A stretch of DNA of 64,000 nucleotides from Azolla caroliniana (GCA_043228905.1 JBHGNT010000006.1:6572001-6636000), one strand, 5' to 3'; positions 11,326-23,839 are shown, counted from the stretch's first letter. Notes: generated by a model from the letters alone, not told the origin. A program made the numbers and translations.

Positions 11326-14300
11326 ATGACCCGCTCGGACCAGCAAGGTGGAGATGAATCCATGGCCATGTCTTCGAACGAGAAGCTCGAAGAGCCAGAC
11401 CATTCGAGCTCTAACTGGTATTTCCCCAGAGAGTTCATCGAGACGGACTCTCCATCACGCAAAGATGGGATCGACCTCAAAAAGGAGACGAATTTCCGCA
11501 GGTCTTACTGTACCTTCCTTCAAGACCTTGGAATGCGGCTTAAAGTGTAAGTAAAGGTTCGAGTTTTCCTTTCGTTTCTTTCTGCTTGTCGTTCATTACA
11601 GCTCCTTCTGCCATTTTCCAAATGGATTCAACTAAACCCTGTCGTACACGGAAAAGTGGTCTCTCTTTGTGAAGATAAGTTGCTGTAAAAGACATTCCAT
11701 TTCGTGTGAATCTTGGTTGCTTCTTAAATTGGAAGTAAATCCTTGAGTTTTCCTTTCTTCATTTCTTGTCGTGTTTCTTGGTACTTCTCGTTACTGTTCG
11801 TTCTGCCTGTTTGAAGTAGGTTTACGGAAAGCCTGTTACAATGAAATGGTTTTTCTGTGTGATGCTTAATACTGAGAGGGTATTCCAGCACATCTCGTTT
11901 TGTGATAGTCTTGCTTGCGTCTTAAAGTAGCATAAAAGCCACACTGAGAAGGGCTCGACAGTATGGTCTTCTGAAGGACTTGTCATATTGTGTACACTGT
12001 AAATCATTAATCAAAGTGTAAGAAAACCCTTATGTTTTTCTTTCGTTTCTTGCTGCTTCGTTTGATTAAGTTGTTTCATTATGCTTGATTTAAGTAGCTT
12101 TACTGAAAGCCACTGGTACCCAAAGAACTGGTCTCCCTCTGTAGTTTTTTCCTGCTATTCATCATTAGAGTTCTTTCTTCCTGATTGAACTAAATCTACT
12201 GAAATCCCGATGGTGAATAAATCACTGAATATGCCTCAAAATGTAGTTAAAGTCTTGAGTTTCCTGCCACAAGTAATCAAAGTTCCTTCTGCCTGATTTA
12301 TGTAACTCTATTGAGAGCCTGTTGTATACCAAGAAGTGGTTTAAGCCTCAATTTCCTTATATTTGTTGGTAGTTTTTTTATTTCAGCTCTTTCTTCTTGA
12401 TTTAAAGCAGAGATCTGATTAGATCTTAGCTTTACTGAAAGCATTTTGTAGACTCAGAAGCCTTTTCTTGGTTTGATGCTTATTGTTTGTGCGTGAGAAT
12501 ATGATCTGTATGTGTCTTATGTGAATAGAATGCGGTTTTGAATGGATCTTTAAATGTCCCCGAAGTGTAATTAAAGCCTAGAATTTCCTTATGTTTCTTG
12601 GCAACTTTTTATTACAGTTTCTCCTGTCTTGAAGCCTTTTGTACACTGAGAATGGTTTCTCCATATGGTGCTTATGCTTGAGGGGATGTGCCTCAAAGTG
12701 TAAGTTTTAATGCCTTGATTTCCCCCATGTTTCCTACTTTTTGTTATGGTTCTTTCTGCTTGATAATCATTTATACACCGAGAAGTGCTTCTGTATGTGT
12801 TGCTTATGCTTGAGAGGATGATAAGCGTAAGGTACCTGATCTAAAGGATACAAATTTTTGAGTGCTCCTCATGATGTTAGTAAGACCTTGAATTACCTTT
12901 TGTTTTTTGGCACAACTTATAGTTTATAATCTAGAACTTCATCCATATTTTTGAATTCAGCAGTGAGCACGAGTTATGGATGGAGTTTTAGGTTATAAAC
13001 TATAATTATGTTGAAACAATGTATTACTAAGTGAATTACAATCCACATTATTTTTATGCAAAAAATATATCTAGTGTCATTTAAACCATGCTCATATTAT
13101 ATGAGATCAGAGCTTACAGCTGTGCCTGGTCTCACATTTTTAATTTATGTAAAATGCATTGATGTGATGCAGTTCCTTGATTGATTTAGTTTACCAATCT
13201 TTCTATATTGAAGGATTATGTGCTTTTGTCATTTGGTACATATTGAAATCTTGTTGGACTATTACATTCTCTATTAATGTTAATTTCTTTATTGTTTCTT
13301 GCACATAAGGCAACCTTTATTTAATTCAGCTGAATGATTGTGTTGGGTGTTCACGTCTTCAGAAATCCAATGCTAATATTATGTTGATTGATTGACAGGC
13401 CTCAAGTAACAATAGCAACAGCTATCATATTTTGTCATCGTTTTTTTCTACGACAATCTCATTTGAAAAATGACAGATATGTGAGTATTTCAAAAATTCG
13501 CTCATCCTCAACTATATGATGCTGATTATATGTTCTGAAAAATCGAAAAATAGTTGCATCTTATTATATTGTTTTTTGATTATAATATTTAGCCCGTTGG
13601 TTAAGCAATGTCTACCTGTCAAAACAAAACATTAGTTCCATCACTGTTATATCTCCTTGTCTCTGAAATATTTCTCATTAATGCCCATTATTTGAAGAGT
13701 ATGTGTCCATCTTCATATCTGTTTCAGTTTTACTGATCACTTGAATGTGGATAACGTAGGTTTTAGATATGCTATGTATAATGGTGTTTGAACGAAACTA
13801 TACCACGAGAATCATACTCATAAGCAAACATGAGATTTTGGAAACTTTGAAACATTCTGATTTGGAGGTCTAGGAGAGCCTTGGACATTCAACTGACAAC
13901 TGTTCTTGTATTTTTTTTTTCTCCACCCTATCTTCGCAATGGCCCATGACCTTTGCTGCAAGACATATTCACCCTACCTCACAAGAAATTCTTGAGGTCT
14001 GCAGCATGGGAACATCACTCCAGCTTCACTTTAACTCGACATGTCCTTGTAGAGATCATTTGATTTAAGGTTTAAGATTTGTCCTTATAACATATTTACT
14101 ATCAATATAGGGAGAAACACTTTATATGAGACAAGTCGAGAGAATAGAGATTAAATACGGGTAACCCACCTAGAACTCTAGCAAATGGGCTGAGATCAGA
14201 GTAGAAAATAGTAGGTGGCAAACAAATTGGGAAGTATATGACAATGAAAACTCTTGATGAAATTTATGAGAGAAAAAACAGAGAGCATGTAAATTGATCT

Positions 14301-16991
14301 TATTTAAAAATAGAACTCTAAGGAGATTTATGAGAGAAAAAATAGAGCTTGTGTGTATTTAAAAATTCTCTTATCAAGATATACCAATAAAACAACAGTT
14401 GACACCTATACTAAAGCAGAATTGCACAATCCCCTTTTAGAAAAGGAACCACTGAAGGGTAACTCGGACATGGATTTGAAAATACTCAGGTCCCTGTTAT
14501 AATTTCTCAGATCTTTCTTTTCGTATAATGGAGAAGTAAACATTGATATTGCAAAGATATACAAAGCATTTCTTGGGTTCTGTGTAACAATAGGGTGGCA
14601 GTGAAACTACAATAAGCTCATTTCAAATCCATAGGAATGAATCATGTCTATCTTTAGTGCTTCAGTTCTAGTGAATTTGAGAAAATATTGTTTTCTGACA
14701 GTTGATTGCGACAACCTGCATGTTCCTTGCTGGTAAAGTTGAAGAGACACCAAAAAAACTTTGCGATGTCATTCTTCTTTCGTATGAGATAAGAAACAAA
14801 AAAGATCCAACTGCGGTCCAAAAAATTAAGCAGAAGGTGAGATTTATGATGTGCCCTTGGTTTGTTTAGATTCTTTCTTGGTTGTTTGCTTACTCTTTTC
14901 TTGTTCTGTAGGAAGCTTATGTTGAGCAGCAAAAAGAACAGGTTCTTTTAGGAGAACGAATGGTGCTGGCAACCTTGGGATTTGATTTCAATATCCACCA
15001 TCCTTACAAACCTCTTGTGGCTGCCATAAAAAAGTTTAAAGTGGCAAAAAGTGCCTTAGCTCAAGTGGCATGGAATTTTGTGAATGATGGGTATGCATTT
15101 AAATCAGCACATGGGTTAGACATTATTGGGTGATATTGGATAATAACCAATTAACCTGGATTTTTGTGCAACGTTGCTGTGTTAACACTCTAGAGGGTGT
15201 GTAGGCTACGCACTTCATTGTGCTTGCAGTTCAAACCTCACCACATTGCGGCAGGTGCAATCTTTCTGGCTGCAAAGTTTCTCAAGGTCAAACTTCCGAG
15301 TGAAGGCGAGAAAGTCTGGTGGCAGGAGTTTGATGTCACTCCTCGTCAGCTTGAAGGTAATAGTTTCATTTATTTCACTGAATTAATGTAGTCACATGTA
15401 TATGTGTTCTGTATCCTCATAAAGATGACTTACTTATTCTAAGGTGTTTGTTGATTCTGACTCATCCCCTTCATGCAATATTATTGTTAAACAAGATATG
15501 GCTGGTTAAGCAATGTGTGACATGAGAAGTTCAAAGGAAAAATATATTATCAATTGATTGCCAAATGGCTCTTGTTCAAGGATCTTGGAATCATTGCCTA
15601 TTTTTATGAACAAGTTTTTTTTAAAGATGGACCAAGTTTACAGTAAAAAATAATAAAAGACAAGTAATATTTGCCAGTAATGAGCTTTCATAATGTATAA
15701 ATTCTGCCAATCACTTATATTTAGGATGCTCTTGAGGTTCCTTATTCTCTACTCTACCCTGAAGAGACTGAAAATCCAGTATCAGCTGAGGTTGTGTGGA
15801 TTTGGTTGTCCAGTATACTCCCTGCTCGAGCCAGTTCATAATGCACATTTTGTTTCATTGTGTTACATGTATGAAAAAACAAGTTATGCTCATTCGCTGA
15901 TATATTTATTTGTCCTGCTTCGCTCTAAAAAAACAGAAGTGAGTAATCAGATGTTGGAACTTTATGAACAAAACAGAGATGCACCCACTTCTCGAATGAG
16001 TGACCCGAGTACAAGTATTGGGACCAATAGTTGCAAGAGGCCTACAGGTGATGCACCCTCTAGCTCTGCAGTCCAACAATCAGAGATGGTTGAGGATGTG
16101 AAACCGATTGAAAACCTGAATGGTCGTAAGAGATCTGCTAGTGAGGCATTTCCTGTTTCTGTGATAGAAGAGGATGGAAATGTTGAAGGAGATTGCAAGT
16201 CAAGGATGAATCAGAACATCAAAGTTGATGCTACTAGTATAGATCCTGTCACTGTTTTGGCATCAGATAATGAAAGAAATGAGCAAAACATGATAGACAA
16301 CAATACATCTGGCAATCTGGCAAATAAGGCTACAAACAGTGATGGGATTGGGGAAATGAAATCCCCAACATCATGTACATCTGCTATTGCAGCAGAAATT
16401 TCTGCTGGAAGGGTAGAGGAGAGTCAATCCACTGGAAGTACTGCCATTGTTTCCGAATCTAACATTGTTGAAGAGGTTGGGTCAAATCAGAATTCATCTG
16501 AAGAAGCCCATCCAAAAACTGACTGGATAGGTCTTTCTGATCTTAATATTGATCGCGTTAAAGCAGCTATCCAGAGGAGAAAACAAGGTGATGAGACAAG
16601 GGCTTGTGTACGTAAGAGGGAGCTCACTGATGAGGAAGAACTTCTTGAAATGGACCTAGAAAATGGGCATAAAGATAATCAGCAGGAGGAAATGTTTGAA
16701 TATGCCCATGACCAAGATAAGGGTGTGGAACGATCAGATGCCAATCTTGAGAAAGAGGTTGAACATAAGTCAGTTGAATACCTGGAAAATGATGAAGATA
16801 AAGCAAAAAATGGACATAAAAATGCAAATCTTGAGAAAGAGATTGAATATAAGTCACTTGAATACCTGGAAAATGATGAAGATAAAGCAAAAAATGGACA
16901 TAAAAGACAGATTCAGCGACCACTGGATCAGAAGTTTAACAGCAATGTAGAAAATGAGACTTGTAAAGAACCACAAACTCCCCCTGGATGA
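11326..16991 (+). CDS. CYCT1: Cyclin T1 (P-TEFb regulatory subunit)
   Basis: Exons 11326-11546, 13399-13480, 14702-14836, 14912-15090, 15205-15356 and 15937-16991, all GT-AG and in frame. Plant cyclin T motifs [102 protein letters not shown] and [25 protein letters not shown]. Confidence 0.96.
11530..12900 (+). repeat. Degenerate tandem array in cyclin T intron 1 built from the exon-end/5' splice-site unit
   Basis: Recurring blocks aaagtgtaag-(cc)ttgagtttcc-tttcttg-ctgcctg-tactgaaagcc-tggttt-gatgcttat. Donor-like copies at about 11720, 11920, 12013, 12235, 12562 and 12693. Confidence 0.7.
16738..16905 (+). repeat. In-frame 84-bp (28 aa) tandem duplication in the cyclin T C-terminal tail
   Basis: [27 protein letters not shown] followed by [27 protein letters not shown]. 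Confidence 0.95.
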
Positions 16992-17750
16992 AGCCTGAAC
17001 TAGAGTTGTGGGATTATTATCTGAAAACTGAATCAAACTATGTGATTGCCGAAAGGATCCAGCTGTATGCTACAAACGCATTTTTGCACAGGCTCCTTCA
17101 AGTGAAATTGCCTTCATTCTGTGCTCTTCGCGATAAACCTTGAATCATAACATGCTATATGTTATTGTCTCATTCGAACTGCAACAAGATAGTATTTTGT
17201 ATTGAAAATGAGGAGAGATTCTAATGTAATTGCAACATCTTAAAGTGAAGCATTATAGGAGAGTGCCTGTTCCATAAACACTGTATGATTGAATTCAATC
17301 ATCTTGTTATTCAGACAAATACAAGCATTGTATGATTGAAAACATTCGATCATCTGACGCACTGATTGTTTGTTTTTATGTGTGTGAGGAGAGGAGTATG
17401 CTCTTTGTAACCTGTTTCGTCCAATACATCACTTTTCTAATAACACGTTAGCAATGCCAGCTTATTATGCACATTATTTGTGAGAATCTGCTTAAAATAG
17501 GATCTGACCTATACACAAGAAATGTGGGTCATTGCATGGAGATTATCCATCTCGAGCAGGTGTAAAATAACATTCTTCTGAATGTTGGGGCAGGTTTGTG
17601 TAATGCTAGTAATTTGTGATTGATAAGATATTGTTAAAATAGTAATGGTTTCGGGATTGAGTGTTTCTTTTGACCCTATCAAAAGCATAAGCTAATGGAA
17701 AAATGGGATTGTTGTAAGTAATTCTAATTTCTAGTTTTGGGTGCACTATG

Positions 17751-17978
17751 TAAACAATTACAGTGTAGTCTCTTGGAATTGCGGACAATGATTAAAATTT
17801 CTATTGTCTTGGTTACACTAATTATGCAAGCATGATCAGATTGTGGTATTTAATCTATTTGTGACTAAACAATTACAGTGTAGTCTCTTGGAATTGCGGA
17901 CAATGATTAAAATTTCTATTGTCTTGGTTACACTAATTATGCAAGCATGATCAGATTGTGGTATTTAATCTATTTGTG
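17751..17978. repeat. Near-perfect tandem duplication, 115-bp period
   Basis: taaacaattacagtgtagtctc...aatctatttgtg starts at 17751 and again at 17866. Confidence 0.95.
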
Positions 17979-18560
17979 TTTAGTGTATGTATGGAAATAG
18001 TTATGCAAGAAAAGGATATCGGTGCTCAGTCAACATGACAACTTTTGATGATAATGTGAAACTTTGTGTCTACGCATCTAGGACCTTTCTAAGGAAGTCT
18101 TCAAGCTGACGAAAAGGCTTTGCATACTCTAAAACCAATCCTCAATGTTGTGGAGATTCTATAGAGCCAAAGTCTTCTATAGAATTCTAGAAACTTGTTG
18201 ACATTCCTAAAGATAGGAAAGCCAATACATTGTCTTTATTTCCTCACAAATTTGTAAGACAATCGTTTGTATTTGTGAGATGATCAAAATACATGGAAAT
18301 ATGAGCGGTTGCAATTTTTGATTCACAAAAACATACACACGGCTCACTTTATCGTGATGTCATTTTTCATTTTATTTCTATATTTCGGCTATGATAAGAT
18401 AATTCTATTTCTCGTAAATATGCCCCACCTAGAGCAAGGTATAGCCTTGGAAATAAGAAGATCCTTCATAGGAGAATCAAACACCATAACCACAAAATCT
18501 TCTACATGGTCAAATAAGCTAATAAGTGAAGTTGGGCGTGACATTGGCCATAAACATGTA

Positions 18561-18775
18561 TTGTTGTGAGACCATATAATATTACATAGTGAATCATAAA
18601 ATATTGTGCATATGTGGAAAACATTTGTCCTAGTTGTTGTGAGACCATATAATATTACATAGTGAATCAGAGAATATTGTGCATGTGCGAAAACATTTTG
18701 TGCTAGTTGTTGCGAGACTATATAATATACATAGAGAACCAAAGACTGTTTTGCATGTGTGGGCAACATTTGTCC
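18561..18775. repeat. Minisatellite, 73-bp unit x about 3
   Basis: ttgttg(t/c)gagac(c/t)atataatat... at 18561, 18634 and 18707. Confidence 0.85.
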
Positions 18776-19148
18776 ATCGCTTCATGTCGTCTGAAGCATG
18801 CATAAGGAAAGAAGTACGGGCAAAAGACAAGACACATCGTGATGACCCCACCCACCCCTATATGTAAGGGAAAGATGGTCTAATACAAGGCCTTCTCTGG
18901 CAAACAAGAAAGGTTCAAAGCATGTGGCGTTTGGGGGGTGGTCTTGACTCTTGGGGTTGGACCAAGACCATTCCACGAAGCTGCCGATGATGGTATGGTT
19001 CTCGGTAAAGGTCTGGGAATGCCGTGTGAGTGTTGTCCGACAATCAATTCTGCACTGTGAAAACACGACCTCACCTGGTCGAAACACGTATGTGTGTCCA
19101 AGGCCCCAAGTTTAACACATTTCTTTGGAGGCCAAATGGGGAGGACGC

Positions 19149-19450
19149 ATACATGTATGTATGTATACATACATACATACATACCTACATATATGTACAT
19201 ACATACATACATACATACCTACATATATGTACATACATACATACATACCTACCTACATATATGTACATACATACATACATACCTACCTACATATATGTAC
19301 ATACATACATACATACCTACCTACATATATGTACATACATACATATACATACATACATACATACATACATACATACATACATGGAGACGACGCATCCATA
19401 TATGTATGTATGCATGTATGTATGTATGTATGTATTTATGTACATACATA
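19149..19450. repeat. Compound (TACA)n/(TGTA)n microsatellite, probably in a 5'UTR intron
   Basis: Long imperfect TACA run followed by a TGTA run. A strong acceptor ctctgctctgcag ends at 19463, just before the Sec14 ATG. Confidence 0.9.
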
Positions 19451-19498
19451 CTCTGCTCTGCAGGTTTTGAGCAGGGTGGGGGGGGGGGGGGGGTTGGC

Positions 19499-20563
19499 AT
19501 GGCGTCGCATCCTCATCATGATGCTCTAGCTGTGGCTGCTCTGCGGCGCACCCTGGCCGCTACAGGGCTCCTGCGCAGCGGGATCGCTGGCAGAGACGAA
19601 GAAGATGATCGTCTCCTCCTCCTCCGCTTCCTCCGCGCCAGGAGGATGGACGTTCCCAAGGCCGCCGCCATGTGGGAGGCCATGATCCGATGGAGGGACC
19701 AAATGACAGACGTTCTCTCCGCCGGAGCTGCAGGTGAATTCCCCCTCCTCCCCCACGAGATCCAGACAGCCAGACAATTCCACCCCCGAGGATATCACGG
19801 CGTCGATAAAGGCGGCCGGCCCCTGTACATCGAGCTTCTTGGCAACTCAGATCCCCAGAAGCTCCTTGACGCCATAAGTCTCGAGAGGTATGTGGCATAT
19901 AGATCTGCAGAGGCAGAGCACATGCAGATGATTCGGATCCCGGCTTGCTCCCTTGCCTTCGGATCTCGGATCGAAGCACAGATGGTGGTGATCGACGTCG
20001 CCGGCATTGGTATGAAGAATTTCAATGCCTCTGCAAGACAGCTGCTGGGGGCTATCCAACATGTGCTGGGTCAGTTCTACCCTGAAACGTTGCACAGCCT
20101 CTTTATCGTCAATGCCAGCCGCAGCTTCCGCTTTGTGTGGGCATGGATCCGGCCCTTCCTTGACCCCGCCACGGTCGCACGAATCCACATATTGGGGCAT
20201 GATTACGCCGCTACACTTCTAGAAGTTGTGGATGCAGATCAACTTCCCTCCTTCTTGGGTGGAAATTGCACCTGCCCAGGCCACAAGGGGGGATGTATCT
20301 CGTCCGACAAGGGTCCTTGGAACGATGCCGCCATACTTGAGAGGCTCGGACGTCTCCACCCCAACAAACAAACGCCTCCTGTGATGCCATCATCCTTGTC
20401 TGCATATTCTTTTAGCTCTAAGGTGTTGGATCTGCAACAGCGTATATCGGCTGCTGAGGCTGAGCATGCTCACATAAAAATGCTCCTCAAGAAGATCCTG
20501 TGCAAGCAAGATGAAGTCTTAAACATGCTTCAAGAACTGGGTGTTAAACAATGCAGACACTAA
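19499..20563 (+). CDS. Sec14/CRAL-TRIO phosphatidylinositol transfer protein (SFH type) with C-terminal nodulin-like coiled coil; intronless CDS
   Basis: Single ORF from MASHPHH. Motifs LLRFLRARRMD, GYHGVDKGGRPLYIE, FYPETLHSLFIVNA, FLDPATVARIHILG and LPSFLGGNCTC...GGCISSDKGPWND. Confidence 0.92.
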   Translation: MASHPHHDALAVAALRRTLAATGLLRSGIAGRDEEDDRLLLLRFLRARRMDVPKAAAMWEAMIRWRDQMTDVLSAGAAGEFPLLPHEIQTARQFHPRGYHGVDKGGRPLYIELLGNSDPQKLLDAISLERYVAYRSAEAEHMQMIRIPACSLAFGSRIEAQMVVIDVAGIGMKNFNASARQLLGAIQHVLGQFYPETLHSLFIVNASRSFRFVWAWIRPFLDPATVARIHILGHDYAATLLEVVDADQLPSFLGGNCTCPGHKGGCISSDKGPWNDAAILERLGRLHPNKQTPPVMPSSLSAYSFSSKVLDLQQRISAAEAEHAHIKMLLKKILCKQDEVLNMLQELGVKQCRH

Positions 20564-20573
20564 AAAGATTAGT

Positions 20574-20741
20574 TATTCTTTTAGCTCTAAGGTGTTGGAT
20601 CTGCAACAGCGTATATCGGCTGCTGAGTCTGAGCATGCCTACATAAAAATGCTCCTCATGAAGATCCTGTGCAAGCAAGATGAAGTTTTAAACATGCTTG
20701 AAGAACTGGGGGTTAAACAATGCAGAAACTAAAAAAATTAG
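20574..20741 (+). repeat. 169-bp tandem copy of the Sec14 3' coding end, including the stop codon
   Basis: Copy of 20405-20572 with 9 substitutions and no indels. Confidence 0.95.
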
Positions 20742-21373
20742 CAGACATCTAGTTGTTAATCCCCACTCTCCAGCTCAGCTCGTCTTCTTGCTCTGCAAAT
20801 TCGACAAACATTCTTGATTGTACATACATAACTCATCAATTAATTGCCTTTTCGCTCGAATATTTTTTCTCTTTATTTACTAGTGTCATTTGTGGTTTTC
20901 TGCATATGGATTTTCTTGTTACGTATCTTAAATTGGTACTACTTGGAATGGTTTTAAAATGGCACTGGAAAATGAACCTATGTCTGGGAAGCAAAATTGT
21001 ATATATCATCTCTGTGTCTATTCTATGTTTGAATTTCTTTTTAAATTTAGGAGTAGGCAATGGTCGGTCATGTTCTTTGCCTTTCTGTATCACAAATTTT
21101 CTATTCTCTTTTTCAAAATCTGGAGCTGACCCTTGGTTCCATGTGGCATTACAGATACTCTGGTTTGGAGAAAATTCTCGGTTTTGACTGCCATCAGTGG
21201 GTTTTGTTTGATTCCTCTGTTTGGCTGGAAGGAACTTCTTGTTACTCTGTTTCAGTTAATTGACAAGTATGTTCTATTCCATGAGATAATTTGCAACAAG
21301 TCCTTTTCTGGTTTCTGGTTACCTAATTCTATGGTGGCAGCATCAGAACATATGTCTCATTATGGCGTGCTAT

Positions 21374-21540
21374 TTTAGTTTTGAGTAGTCCATTTTCCTG
21401 GTTTAGTTTAGTTTTGTTTTGAGTAGTCCATTTTCCTGGTTTAGTTCAGTTTAGTTTTGAGTAGTCCATTTTCCTGGTTTAGTTCAGTTTAGTTTTGAGT
21501 AGTCCATTTTCCTGGTTTAGTTTAGTTTAGTTTATAGTAG
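21374..21540. repeat. Minisatellite, 38-bp unit x about 4
   Basis: ttttgagtagtccattttcctggtttagtt(c/t)agttt repeated. Confidence 0.92.
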
Positions 21541-23205
21541 GCCACTTATCTGATTTCTGCGGCTTAAATGTTTTGATCTAGTATGTGTTCGTCCTACTAG
21601 TCTTTCAATTATTGATATCAGTTCATTTGTCTGATTGGTAGATTTTTGTAATTTCACTGGAGTACACACTATTAGTATATTCGGAAGATAATCTTTATAT
21701 GACAATTTTGTCCAGCTATCATATTCTGGAGGTTTGCATGAATTGGTAGCAAAAGGCTTGTTTATTATTTACTCTTGAGCTCCTTACTTGACAGGTATGC
21801 TCTATTACATCAGCTCTTTCAATACAAATCTTAATGGTCCAACCTGTATAGTTGTTCTTTGGTTTTTGATGGTTAATTTTATGTTAATTCTAACAACAAT
21901 ACAGCTGCCTGATTCTGTTGGTTGGTTTATTTCAATACAATCTGAATAGTAGTCAGCTTCTGTTGATACTCGTTCCTTTGTCTAGTCAAATTTTTGATCC
22001 ATTATCTTGCAATCAACACATTTTTTGGGGGTTTCATTTTCGTCCTCATGTGGGAAACAAAACAGAGAATCTATCTTGTTTTCGGCCCAAAAATACCTTT
22101 ATCGGGAGGTAAATGCCTCTGACCAGAGGTCAAGTATGATCCACGGACTATAAAACAAGATATCTCCACTCTTAGACAGATGGGTAGACTTATCAGCATC
22201 CTAAATCACCAAATATGGCTGAATGAGGTGGGTTTGTGAGAGTTCCCCAGTGGGTGAGCATTATCATGATGCAGTCAGCTATGATGAAGGTGGAGAGTGA
22301 AATAGAGTGATTTCATAGAGAGTCAGGGGAAAAATCTCCGGATGTCGGTATATATGTAGTGCACTTGATGAGGGTACAAGATTTGGAATACTGGCCTTCA
22401 TGTTTCAAGTCATGTAGTGGATGCAGGATTGCCTATTCTACAACTACTTGTTTCACATTTGAGTAAATGGGAAGTAAGGTACATTGGCACTTCAGTTCAC
22501 TGGAGAGGGAGAGGGAGAGGAAGAGAGCTCAGATATTCATTCGGAGCTTGAAGGCAAAGAGAATTGCTGATGTTTCTTCTGCTCAGCGGAAGTGGAGAAT
22601 AATAGGCATTGATGTGTTTCTTGTCCAGTAGCAAGAATGGTTTGGAAGGTAATCAATGCTGTGTGGATGTCTTGGATTGGAGAAATAACTTATAAGATCA
22701 TTAAATTTGGTTTGTGCATAGGTCGATAGATAGATATTTTTAGTATCCATAGAGAGGCCAATATTGAGCCATAGAACCTAAGTACAAAAGTTATCTTGAT
22801 GTGTGTCTCCTTCCTAAGAAGGGATATTCATACTTTCAAGCACCAAGTCTCGTTGTGAATAAGGCATACACATATGAGCCCAAAGTTTTATGGAGTGGAA
22901 TGATGCCTCTCAAGTTATTTTGGAGTAATTAGGTAGTGGGGGCTCTGGTTCAATTGGTGTATGAGAAATGCCTTTACTTTTGATTCACAAGCTGGGGTGA
23001 AGAAATATGTTGCATGGTTAAAAGGTTGCTTTTGTGGCATTTTTCATAGTTGGAAAAGTCAAGAAGAGTGATAGTTATATGAGGTGACAAGTCATCATGT
23101 GTGTCACCTGAATTGTTCCGTAGGTTGGGATTGAGTTCTTAGTATTTAAACCCTAGAAAAATCCAAATTGAGAGGTGTGAATCCAAATTCCTGTGTGTTG
23201 TGTGT

Positions 23206-23250
<45 letters not shown>

Positions 23251-23839
23251 AGTTTTGTGTTTATAGGAATGGCACCAAGGCACCAAGGTATATTCTTCAA
23301 CGAATGTTAGTTATGAAGAAGTCGTGCTCCAGCCATTAGTTGATTCACAGAAAATTTTATGAACTGATTATTATTTTGAATGAATTGGAAAGATGCCTTC
23401 TTTCCCAAGCTGCTGCCTTCATGATCCAGATTTTTATGTTACCAATCTCTTTTTGAAAAGAAGTTTCTATCCTCACTCAATATGAATCTCTCCTTCAGAA
23501 AAATACCAAGATGGTGATAAATAATCATGTCCAAGCAAGTCAAATGTGAAGACTTTTGAATGTTACTTTAGCAACAAGAATATGAGAATTCCAAATGAGA
23601 AGCCAAGGAAGATAGATCATTCTTTCGTGGGCCTACAATGTTCGATTATGGAGTGCACACCCCTCTCAAGAACAAGATGTATTTTATCTTTAGAAACAGT
23701 AACCAGTGAAAAATATAGGAAGTTTTTTATGTTCCACATTAAATTGTCTAAACATTTCCTAGGCAATTAGATACAAAGGCCAAATGAGTCTGAGAAATGA
23801 ACAAATTTGTCTTACAAATACATGACTTTCTGATTGGGC

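Noticed and set aside
11135-11403. PNPNPN, RVRVRV and LTLTLT ORFs, and a possible true telomere
   Set aside because: They come from a 35-bp TTAGGG tract inside a gene leader, which is far too short and internal to be a telomere.
15693-15936. N-terminal 81 aa of the 432-aa ORF
   Set aside because: Intronic read-through; the cyclin T exon starts at the acceptor at 15937.
19030-19498. YIHT-repeat N-terminal extension of the Sec14 ORF
   Set aside because: A stop-free TACA microsatellite with a non-ATG ORF start. The acceptor at 19463 and ATG at 19499 fit better.
19499-20563. Horizontal transfer as the cause of the high GC in the Sec14 gene
   Set aside because: The protein has plant SFH-type motifs, and the mannanase first exon is similarly GC-rich.
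22100-23500. Coding-looking or TE-like sequence (aaaccctag, (GT)n(GA)n, atggcaccaagg)
   Set aside because: No sustained ORF or recognisable motif. It is probably TE debris but cannot be assigned.
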